Assembly: GCA_012295275.1 (NCBI GenBank)
Contig: CM022674.1
Coordinates: 9,424,001 to 9,488,000 of the forward strand
DNA from: Chrysomallon squamiferum
Lineage: Eukaryota; Animalia; Mollusca
DNA: 64,000 bases
Direction: 5' to 3'
How positions within the stretch are numbered: position 1 is the stretch's first letter; each line of letters opens with the position of its first letter. The notes under the pieces are model-generated. The model was not told the origin of the DNA and did no database searches. It was given only the letters and a program-made list of their open reading frames with translations. Positions 1 to 12,000 of this stretch are shown here, piece after piece. Position numbers and translations under genes: made by a program.

Positions 1-3000
1 GTTGCGAAGCCGGAGAAGAAATTAGTTTTCTTGCTACCTGCATACCCGTTTCCTTTCTCATAGACTGTGCTACGTCTCTTATATGATCTGTATTGGCGTT
101 TCCCCAGTAAGCACACACACACGCACCACATGTTTTAAGCGAGATTTAAAGGTTTGCGGTTAACGCCGTAGAAAGACCTGCTTAACTGCAGAACGCAATT
201 CGGTGCCGTTTCTTACGTGCACACGCGATTCGTCCAAGTTGCATAGTACGAGAAGTTGAGAAGCTGGAGAGGAATTCATTTTGCCGCTCAGCGCGTACTA
301 GTAGTTAAACACTACGCACACTCTTTGCTTTGATAACTCTCTCTAGTACCATTGTAATGACTTTACCGTTCTCTTACGATCTCAGAAAGACCACTCGGCC
401 ATGTCCCTTATGTCTGTGTTACACTAAACACACACGCACAGAACCTCTCTTAAACGACGTTTAACAGTCAGCGCTTAACAGAGTGGAAACAACTGCTTCA
501 TAACAGAACGCATTCAGACGTGTCTCGTGTGTCTACGTACACTTGAAATTTACGCACTGGGTGTGGTTGCGAAGCCGGAGAAGAAATTAGTTTTCTTGCT
601 ACCTGCATACCCGTTTCCTTTCTCATAGACTGTGCTACGTCTCTTATATGATCTGTATTGGCGTTTCCCCAGTAAGCACACACACACGCACCACATGTTT
701 TAAGCGAGATTTAAAGGTTTGCGGTTAACGCCGTAGAAAGACCTGCTTAACTGCAGAACGCAATTCGGTGCCGTTTCTTACGTGCACACGCGATTCGTCC
801 AAGTTGCATAGTACGAGAAGTTGAGAAGCTGGAGAGGAATTCATTTTGCCGCTCAGCGCGTACTAGTAGTTAAACACTACGCACACTCTTTGCTTTGATA
901 ACTCTCTCTAGTACCATTGTAATGACTTTACCGTTCTCTTACGATCTCAGAAAGACCACTCGGCCATGTCCCTTATGTCTGTGTTACACTAAACACACAC
1001 GCACAGAACCTCTCTTAAACGACGTTTAACAGTCAGCGCTTAACAGAGTGGAAACAACTGCTTCATAACAGAACGCATTCAGACGTGTCTCGTGTGTCTA
1101 CGTACACTTGAAATTTACGCACTGGGTGTGGTTGCGAAGCCGGAGAAGAAATTAGTTTTCTTGCTACCTGCATACCCGTTTCCTTTCTCATAGACTGTGC
1201 TACGTCTCTTACATGATCTGTATTGGCGTTTCCCCAGTAAGCACACACACACGCACCACATGTTTTAAGCGAGATTTAAAGGTTTGCGGTTAACGCCGTA
1301 GAAAGACCTGCTTAACTGCAGAACGCAATTCGGTGCCGTTTCTTACGTGCACACGCGATTCGTCCAAGTTGCATAGTACGAGAAGTTGAGAAGCTGGAGA
1401 GGAATTCATTTTGCCGCTCAGCGCGTACTAGTAGTTAAACACTACGCACACTCTTTGCTTTGATAACTCTCTCTAGTACCATTGTAATGACTTTACCGTT
1501 CTCTTACGATCTCAGAAAGACCACTCGGCCATGTCCCTTATGTCTGTGTTACACTAAACACACACGCACAGAACCTCTCTTAAACGACGTTTAACAGTCA
1601 GCGCTTAACAGAGTGGAAACAACTGCTTCATAACAGAACGCATTCAGACGTGTCTCGTGTGTCTACGTACACTTGAAATTTACGCACTGGGTGTGGTTGC
1701 GAAGCCGGAGAAGAAATTAGTTTTCTTGCTACCTGCATACCCGTTTCCTTTCTCATAGACTGTGCTACGTCTCTTATATGATCTGTATTGGCGTTTCCCC
1801 AGTAAGCACACACACACACGCACCACATGTTTTAAGCGAGATTTAAAGGTTTGCGGTTAACGCCGTAGAAAGACCTGCTTAACTGCAGAACGCAATTCGG
1901 TGCCGTTTCTTACGTGCACACGCGATTCGTCCAAGTTGCATAGTACGAGAAGTTGAGAAGCTGGAGAGGAATTCATTTTGCCGCTCAGCGCGTACTAGTA
2001 GTTAAACACTACGCACACTCTTTGCTTTGATAACTCTCTCTAGTACCATTGTAATGACTTTACCGTTCTCTTACGATCTCAGAAAGACCACTCGGCCATG
2101 TCCCTTATGTCTGTGTTACACTAAACACACACGCACAGAACCTCTCTTAAACGACGTTTAACAGTCAGCGCTTAACAGAGTGGAAACAACTGCTTCATAA
2201 CAGAACGCATTCAGACGTGTCTCGTGTGTCTACGTACACTTGAAATTTACGCACTGGGTGTGGTTGCGAAGCCGGAGAAGAAATTAGTTTTCTTGCTACC
2301 TGCATACCCGTTTCCTTTCTCATAGACTGTGCTACGTCTCTTATATGATCTGTATTGGCGTTTCCCCAGTAAGCACACACACACACACCACATGTTTTAA
2401 GCGAGATTTAAAGGTTTGCGGTTAACGCCGTAGAAAGACCTGCTTAACTGCAGAACGCAATTCGGTGCCGTTTCTTACGTGCACACGCGATTCGTCCAAG
2501 TTGCATAGTACGAGAAGTTGAGAAGCTGGAGAGGAATTCATTTTGCCGCTCAGCGCGTACTAGTAGTTAAACACTACGCACACTCTTTGCTTTGATAACT
2601 CTCTCTAGTACCATTGTAATGACTTTACCGTTCTCTTACGATCTCAGAAAGACCACTCGGCCATGTCCCTTATGTCTGTGTTACACTAAACACACACGCA
2701 CAGAACCTCTTTAAACGACGTTTAACAGTCAGCGCTTAACAGAGTGGAAACAACTGCTTCATAACAGAACGCATTCAGACGTGTCTCGTGTGTCTACGTA
2801 CACTTGAAATTTACGCACTGGGTGTGGTTGCGAAGCCGGAGAAGAAATTAGTTTTCTTGCTACCTGCATACCCGTTTCCTTTCTCATAGACTGTGCTACG
2901 TCTCTTATATGATCTGTATTGGCGTTTCCCCAGTAAGCACACACACACGCACCACATGTGTTAAGCGAGATTTAAAGGTTTGCGGTTAACGCCGTAGAAA

Positions 3001-6000
3001 GACCTGCTTAACTGCAGAACGCAATTCGGTGCCGTTTCTTACGTGCACACGCGATTCGTCCAAGTTGCATAGTACGAGAAGTTGAGAAGCTGGAGAGGAA
3101 TTCATTTTGCCGCTCAGCGCGTACTAGTAGTTAAACACTACGCACACTCTTTGCTTTGATAACTCTCTCTAGTACCATTGTAATGACTTTACCGTTCTCT
3201 TACGATCTCAGAAAGACCACTCGGCCATGTCCCTTATGTCTGTGTTACACTAAACACACACGCACAGAACCTCTCTTAAACGACGTTTAACAGTCAGCGC
3301 TTAACAGAGTGGAAACAACTGCTTCATAACAGAACGCATTCAGACGTGTCTCGTGTGTCTACGTACACTTGAAATTTACGCACTGGGTGTGGTTGCGAAG
3401 CCGGAGAAGAAATTAGTTTTCTTGCTACCTGCATACCCGTTTCCTTTCTCATAGACTGTGCTACGTCTCTTATATGATCTGTATTGGCGTTTCCCCAGTA
3501 AGCACACACACACGCACCACATGTGTTAAGCGAGATTTAAAGGTTTGCGGTTAACGCCGTAGAAAGACCTGCTTAACTGCAGAACGCAATTCGGTGCCGT
3601 TTCTTACGTGCACACGCGATTCGTCCAAGTTGCATAGTACGAGAAGTTGAGAAGCTGGAGAGGAATTCATTTTGCCGCTCAGCGCGTACTAGTAGTTAAA
3701 CACTACGCACACTCTTTGCTTTGATAACTCTCTCTAGTACCATTGTAATGACTTTACCGTTCTCTTACGATCTCAGAAAGACCACTCGGCCATGTCCCTT
3801 ATGTCTGTGTTACACTAAACACACACGCACAGAACCTCTCTTAAACGACGTTTAACAGTCAGCGCTTAACAGAGTGGAAACAACTGCTTCATAACAGAAC
3901 GCATTCAGACGTGTCTCGTGTGTCTACGTACACTTGAAATTTACGCACTGGGTGTGGTTGCGAAGCCGGAGAAGAAATTAGTTTTCTTGCTACCTGCATA
4001 CCCGTTTCCTTTCTCATAGACTGTGCTACGTCTCTTATATGATCTGTATTGGCGTTTCCCCAGTAAGCACACACACACGCACCACATGTGTTTAAGCGAG
4101 ATTTAAAGGTTTGCGGTTAACGCCGTAGAAAGACCTGCTTAACTGCAGAACGCAATTCGGTGCCGTTTCTTACGTGCACACGCGATTCGTCCAAGTTGCA
4201 TAGTACGAGAAGTTGAGAAGCTGGAGAGGAATTCATTTTGCCGCTCAGCGCGTACTAGTAGTTAAACACTACGCACACTCTTTGCTTTGATAACTCTCTC
4301 TAGTACCATTGTAATGACTTTACCGTTCTCTTACGATCTCAGAAAGACCACTCGGCCATGTCCCTTATGTCTGTGTTACACTAAACACACACGCACAGAA
4401 CCTCTCTTAAACGACGTTTAACAGTCAGCGCTTAACAGAGTGGAAACAACTGCTTCATAACAGAACGCATTCAGACGTGTCTCGTGTGTCTACGTACACT
4501 TGAAATTTACGCACTGGGTGTGGTTGCGAAGCCGGAGAAGAAATTAGTTTTCTTGCTACCTGCATACCCGTTTCCTTTCTCATAGACTGTGCTACGTCTC
4601 TTATATGATCTGTATTGGCGTTTCCCCAGTAAGCACACACACACGCACCACATGTGTTAAGCGAGATTTAAAGGTTTGCGGTTAACGCCGTAGAAAGACC
4701 TGCTTAACTGCAGAACGCAATTCGGTGCCGTTTCTTACGTGCACACGCGATTCGTCCAAGTTGCATAGTACGAGAAGTTGAGAAGCTGGAGAGGAATTCA
4801 TTTTGCCGCTCAGCGCGTACTAGTAGTTAAACACTACGCACACTCTTTGCTTTGATAACTCTCTCTAGTACCATTGTAATGACTTTACCGTTCTCTTACG
4901 ATCTCAGAAAGACCACTCGGCCATGTCCCTTATGTCTGTGTTACACTAAACACACACGCACAGAACCTCTCTTAAACGACGTTTAACAGTCAGCGCTTAA
5001 CAGAGTGGAAACAACTGCTTCATAACAGAACGCATTCAGACGTGTCTCGTGTGTCTACGTACACTTGAAATTTACGCACTGGGTGTGGTTGCGAAGCCGG
5101 AGAAGAAATTAGTTTTCTTGCTACCTGCATACCCGTTTCCTTTCTCATAGACTGTGCTACGTCTCTTATATGATCTGTATTGGCGTTTCCCCAGTAAGCA
5201 CACACACACGCACCACATGTTTTAAGCGAGATTTAAAGGTTTGCGGTTAACGCCGTAGAAAGACCTGCTTAACTGCAGAACGCAATTCGGTGCCGTTTCT
5301 TACGTGCACACGCGATTCGTCCAAGTTGCATAGTACGAGAAGTTGAGAAGCTGGAGAGGAATTCATTTTGCCGCTCAGCGCGTACTAGTAGTTAAACACT
5401 ACGCACACTCTTTGCTTTGATAACTCTCTCTAGTACCATTGTAATGACTTTACCGTTCTCTTACGATCTCAGAAAGACCACTCGGCCATGTCCCTTATGT
5501 CTGTGTTACACTAAACACACACGCACAGAACCTCTCTTAAACGACGTTTAACAGTCAGCGCTTAACAGAGTGGAAACAACTGCTTCATAACAGAACGCAT
5601 TCAGACGTGTCTCGTGTGTCTACGTACACTTGAAATTTACGCACTGGGTGTGGTTGCGAAGCCGGAGAAGAAATTAGTTTTCTTGCTACCTGCATACCCG
5701 TTTCCTTTCTCATAGACTGTGCTACGTCTCTTATATGATCTGTATTGGCGTTTCCCCAGTAAGCACACACACACGCACCACATGTGTTAAGCGAGATTTA
5801 AAGGTTTGCGGTTAACGCCGTAGAAAGACCTGCTTAACTGCAGAACGCAATTCGGTGCCGTTTCTTACGTGCACACGCGATTCGTCCAAGTTGCATAGTA
5901 CGAGAAGTTGAGAAGCTGGAGAGGAATTCATTTTGCCGCTCAGCGCGTACTAGTAGTTAAACACTACGCACACTCTTTGCTTTGATAACTCTCTCTAGTA

Positions 6001-9000
6001 CCATTGTAATGACTTTACCGTTCTCTTACGATCTCAGAAAGACCACTCGGCCATGTCCCTTATGTCTGTGTTACACTAAACACACACGCACAGAACCTCT
6101 CTTAAACGACGTTTAACAGTCAGCGCTTAACAGAGTGGAAACAACTGCTTCATAACAGAACGCATTCAGACGTGTCTCGTGTGTCTACGTACACTTGAAA
6201 TTTACGCACTGGGTGTGGTTGCGAAGCCGGAGAAGAAATTAGTTTTCTTGCTACCTGCATACCCGTTTCCTTTCTCATAGACTGTGCTACGTCTCTTATA
6301 TGATCTGTATTGGCGTTTCCCCAGTAAGCACACACACACGCACCACATGTGTTAAGCGAGATTTAAAGGTTTGCGGTTAACGCCGTAGAAAGACCTGCTT
6401 AACTGCAGAACGCAATTCGGTGCCGTTTCTTACGTGCACACGCGATTCGTCCAAGTTGCATAGTACGAGAAGTTGAGAAGCTGGAGAGGAATTCATTTTG
6501 CCGCTCAGCGCGTACTAGTAGTTAAACACTACGCACACTCTTTGCTTTGATAACTCTCTCTAGTACCATTGTAATGACTTTACCGTTCTCTTACGATCTC
6601 AGAAAGACCACTCGGCCATGTCCCTTATGTCTGTGTTACACTAAACACACACGCACAGAACCTCTCTTAAAACGACGTTTAACAGTCAGCGCTTAACAGA
6701 GTGGAAACAACTGCTTCATAACAGAACGCATTCAGACGTGTCTCGTGTGTCTACGTACACTTGAAATTTACGCACTGGGTGTGGTTGCGAAGCCGGAGAA
6801 GAAATTAGTTTTCTTGCTACCTGCATACCCGTTTCCTTTCTCATAGACTGTGCTACGTCTCTTATATGATCTGTATTGGCGTTTCCCCAGTAAGCACACA
6901 CACACGCACCACATGTGTTAAGCGAGATTTAAAGGTTTGCGGTTAACGCCGTAGAAAGACCTGCTTAACTGCAGAACGCAATTCGGTGCCGTTTCTTACG
7001 TGCACACGCGATTCGTCCAAGTTGCATAGTACGAGAAGTTGAGAGAAGCTGGAGAGGAATTCATTTTGCCGCTCAGCGCGTACTAGTAGTTAAACACTAC
7101 GCACACTCTTTGCTTTGATAACTCTCTCTAGTACCATTGTAATGACTTTACCGTTCTCTTACGATCTCAGAAAGACCACTCGGCCATGTCCCTTATGTCT
7201 GTGTTACACTAAACACACACGCACAGAACCTCTCTTAAACGACGTTTAACAGTCAGCGCTTAACAGAGTGGAAACAACTGCTTCATAACAGAACGCATTC
7301 AGACGTGTCTCGTGTGTCTACGTACACTTGAAATTTACGCACTGGGTGTGGTTGCGAAGCCGGAGAAGAAATTAGTTTTCTTGCTACCTGCATACCCGTT
7401 TCCTTTCTCATAGACTGTGCTACGTCTCTTATATGATCTGTATTGGCGTTTCCCCAGTAAGCACACACACACGCACCACATGTTTTAAGCGAGATTTAAA
7501 GGTTTGCGGTTAACGCCGTAGAAAGACCTGCTTAACTGCAGAACGCAATTCGGTGCCGTTTCTTACGTGCACACGCGATTCGTCCAAGTTGCATAGTACG
7601 AGAAGTTGAGAAGCTGGAGAGGAATTCATTTTGCCGCTCAGCGCGTACTAGTAGTTAAACACTACGCACACTCTTTGCTTTGATAACTCTCTCTAGTACC
7701 ATTGTAATGACTTTACCGTTCTCTTACGATCTCAGAAAGACCACTCGGCCATGTCCCTTATGTCTGTGTTACACTAAACACACACGCACAGAACCTCTCT
7801 TAAACGACGTTTAACAGTCAGCGCTTAACAGAGTGGAAACAACTGCTTCATAACAGAACGCATTCAGACGTGTCTCGTGTGTCTACGTACACTTGAAATT
7901 TACGCACTGGGTGTGGTTGCGAAGCCGGAGAAGAAATTAGTTTTCTTGCTACCTGCATACCCGTTTCCTTTCTCATAGACTGTGCTACGTCTCTTATATG
8001 ATCTGTATTGGCGTTTCCCCAGTAAGCACACACACACACCACCACATGTGTTTTAAGCGAGATTTAAAGGTTTGCGGTTAACGCCGTAGAAAGACCTGCT
8101 TAACTGCAGAACGCAATTCGGTGCCGTTTCTTACGTGCACACGCGATTCGTCCAAGTTGCATAGTACGAGAAGTTGAGAAGCTGGAGAGGAATTCATTTT
8201 GCCGCTCAGCGCGTACTAGTAGTTAAACACTACGCACACTCTTTGCTTTGATAACTCTCTCTAGTACCATTGTAATGACTTTACCGTTCTCTTACGATCT
8301 CAGAAAGACCACTCGGCCATGTCCCTTATGTCTGTGTTACACTAAACACACACGCACAGAACCTCTCTTAAACGACGTTTAACAGTCAGCGCTTAACAGA
8401 GTGGAAACAACTGCTTCATAACAGAACGCATTCAGACGTGTCTCGTGTGTCTACGTACACTTGAAATTTACGCACTGGGTGTGGTTGCGAAGCCGGAGAA
8501 GAAATTAGTTTTCTTGCTACCTGCATACCCGTTTCCTTTCTCATAGACTGTGCTACGTCTCTTATATGATCTGTATTGGCGTTTCCCCAGTAAGCACACA
8601 CACACGCACCACATGTTTTAAGCGAGATTTAAAGGTTTGCGGTTAACGCCGTAGAAAGACCTGCTTAACTGCAGAACGCAATTCGGTGCCGTTTCTTACG
8701 TGCACACGCGATTCGTCCAAGTTGCATAGTACGAGAAGTTGAGAAGCTGGAGAGGAATTCATTTTGCCGCTCAGCGCGTACTAGTAGTTAAACACTACGC
8801 ACACTCTTTGCTTTGATAACTCTCTCTAGTACCATTGTAATGACTTTACCGTTCTCTTACGATCTCAGAAAGACCACTCGGCCATGTCCCTTATGTCTGT
8901 GTTACACTAAACACACACGCACAGAACCTCTCTTAAACGACGTTTAACAGTCAGCGCTTAACAGAGTGGAAACAACTGCTTCATAACAGAACGCATTCAG

Positions 9001-12000
9001 ACGTGTCTCGTGTGTCTACGTACACTTGAAATTTACGCACTGGGTGTGGTTGCGAAGCCGGAGAAGAAATTAGTTTTCTTGCTACCTGCATACCCGTTTC
9101 CTTTCTCATAGACTGTGCTACGTCTCTTATATGATCTGTATTGGCGTTTCCCCAGTAAGCACACACACACACACCACATGTTTTAAGCGAGATTTAAAGG
9201 TTTGCGGTTAACGCCGTAGAAAGACCTGCTTAACTGCAGAACGCAATTCGGTGCCGTTTCTTACGTGCACACGCGATTCGTCCAAGTTGCATAGTACGAG
9301 AAGTTGAGAAGCTGGAGAGGAATTCATTTTGCCGCTCAGCGCGTACTAGTAGTTAAACACTACGCACACTCTTTGCTTTGATAACTCTCTCTAGTACCAT
9401 TGTAATGACTTTACCGTTCTCTTACGATCTCAGAAAGACCACTCGGCCATGTCCCTTATGTCTGTGTTACACTAAACACACACGCACAGAACCTCTCTTA
9501 AACGACGTTTAACAGTCAGCGCTTAACAGAGTGGAAACAACTGCTTCATAACAGAACGCATTCAGACGTGTCTCGTGTGTCTACGTACACTTGAAATTTA
9601 CGCACTGGGTGTGGTTGCGAAGCCGGAGAAGAAATTAGTTTTCTTGCTACCTGCATACCCGTTTCCTTTCTCATAGACTGTGCTACGTCTCTTATATGAT
9701 CTGTATTGGCGTTTCCCCAGTAAGCACACACACACGCACCACATGTTTTAAGCGAGATTTAAAGGTTTGCGGTTAACGCCGTAGAAAGACCTGCTTAACT
9801 GCAGAACGCAATTCGGTGCCGTTTCTTACGTGCACACGCGATTCGTCAAGTTGCATAGTACGAGAAGTTGAGAAGCTGGAGAGGAATTCATTTTGCCGCT
9901 CAGCGCGTACTAGTAGTTAAACACTACGCACACTCTTTGCTTTGATAACTCTCTCTAGTACCATTGTAATGACTTTACCGTTCTCTTACGATCTCAGAAA
10001 GACCACTCGGCCATGTCCCTTATGTCTGTGTTACACTAAACACACACGCACAGAACCTCTCTTAAACGACGTTTAACAGTCAGCGCTTAACAGAGTGGAA
10101 ACAACTGCTTCATAACAGAACGCATTCAGACGTGTCTCGTGTGTCTACGTACACTTGAAATTTACGCACTGGGTGTGGTTGCGAAGCCGGAGAAGAAATT
10201 AGTTTTCTTGCTACCTGCATACCCGTTTCCTTTCTCATAGACTGTGCTACGTCTCTTATATGATCTGTATTGGCGTTTCCCCAGTAAGCACACACACACG
10301 CACCACATGTTTTAAGCGAGATTTAAAGGTTTGCGGTTAACGCCGTAGAAAGACCTGCTTAACTGCAGAACGCAATTCGGTGCCGTTTCTTACGTGCACA
10401 CGCGATTCGTCAAGTTGCATAGTACGAGAAGTTGAGAAGCTGGAGAGGAATTCATTTTGCCGCTCAGCGCGTACTAGTAGTTAAACACTACGCACACTCT
10501 TTGCTTTGATAACTCTCTCTAGTACCATTGTAATGACTTTACCGTTCTCTTACGATCTCAGAAAGACCACTCGGCCATGTCCCTTATGTCTGTGTTACAC
10601 TAAACACACACGCACAGAACCTCTCTTAAACGACGTTTAACAGTCAGCGCTTAACAGAGTGGAAACAACTGCTTCATAACAGAACGCATTCAGACGTGTC
10701 TCGTGTGTCTACGTACACTTGAAATTTACGCACTGGGTGTGGTTGCGAAGCCGGAGAAGAAATTAGTTTTCTTGCTACCTGCATACCCGTTTCCTTTCTC
10801 ATAGACTGTGCTACGTCTCTTATATGATCTGTATTGGCGTTTCCCCAGTAAGCACACACACACACACCACATGTTTTTAAGCGAGATTTAAAGGTTTGCG
10901 GTTAACGCCGTAGAAAGACCTGCTTAACTGCAGAACGCAATTCGGTGCCGTTTCTTACGTGCACACGCGATTCGTCAAGTTGCATAGTACGAGAAGTTGA
11001 GAAGCTGGAGAGGAATTCATTTTGCCGCTCAGCGCGTACTAGTAGTTAAACACTACGCACACTCTTTGCTTTGATAACTCTCTCTAGTACCATTGTAATG
11101 ACTTTACCGTTCTCTTACGATCTCAGAAAGACCACTCGGCCATGTCCCTTATGTCTGTGTTACACTAAACACACACGCACAGAACCTCTCTTAAACGACG
11201 TTTAACAGTCAGCGCTTAACAGAGTGGAAACAACTGCTTCATAACAGAACGCATTCAGACGTGTCTCGTGTGTCTACGTACACTTGAAATTTACGCACTG
11301 GGTGTGGTTGCGAAGCCGGAGAAGAAATTAGTTTTCTTGCTACCTGCATACCCGTTTCCTTTCTCATAGACTGTGCTACGTCTCTTATATGATCTGTATT
11401 GGCGTTTCCCCAGTAAGCACACACACACACACCATGTTTTAAGCGAGATTTAAAGGTTTGCGGTTAACGCCGTAGAAAGACCTGCTTAACTGCAGAACGC
11501 AATTCGGTGCCGTTTCTTACGTGCACACGCGATTCGTCGTCAAGTTGCATAGTACGAGAAGTTGAGAAGCTGGAGAGGAATTCATTTTGCCGCTCAGCGC
11601 GTACTAGTAGTTAAACACTACGCACACTCTTTGCTTTGATAACTCTCTCTAGTACCATTGTAATGACTTTACCGTTCTCTTACGATCTCAGAAAGACCAC
11701 TCGGCCATGTCCCTTATGTCTGTATTACACTAAACACACACGCACAGAACCTCTCTTAAACGACGTTTAACAGTCAGCGCTTAACAGAGTGGAAACAACT
11801 GCTTCATAACAGAACGCATTCAGACGTGTCTCGTGTGTCTACGTACACTTGAAATTTACGCACTGGGTGTGGTTGCGAAGCCGGAGAAGAAATTAGTTTT
11901 CTTGCTACCTGCATACCCGTTTCCTTTCTCATAGACTGTGCTACGTCTCTTATATGATCTGTATTGGCGTTTCCCCAGTAAGCACACACACGCACCACAT

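Noticed and set aside
44-60. CENP-B box
   Set aside because: The minus strand has GGAAACGGG (the 3' half), but the required TTCG is absent.
150-200. Hammerhead ribozyme/retrozyme
   Set aside because: A hairpin followed by GAAA is present, but no CTGANGA core was found on either strand of the unit.
1-565. 5S rRNA, tRNA, U-snRNA/U7, SL RNA or histone gene repeat
   Set aside because: No recognisable cores on either strand. AACTCTCTCTAG resembles a U7 Sm site but lacks the 3' hairpin. An Rfam search would be decisive.
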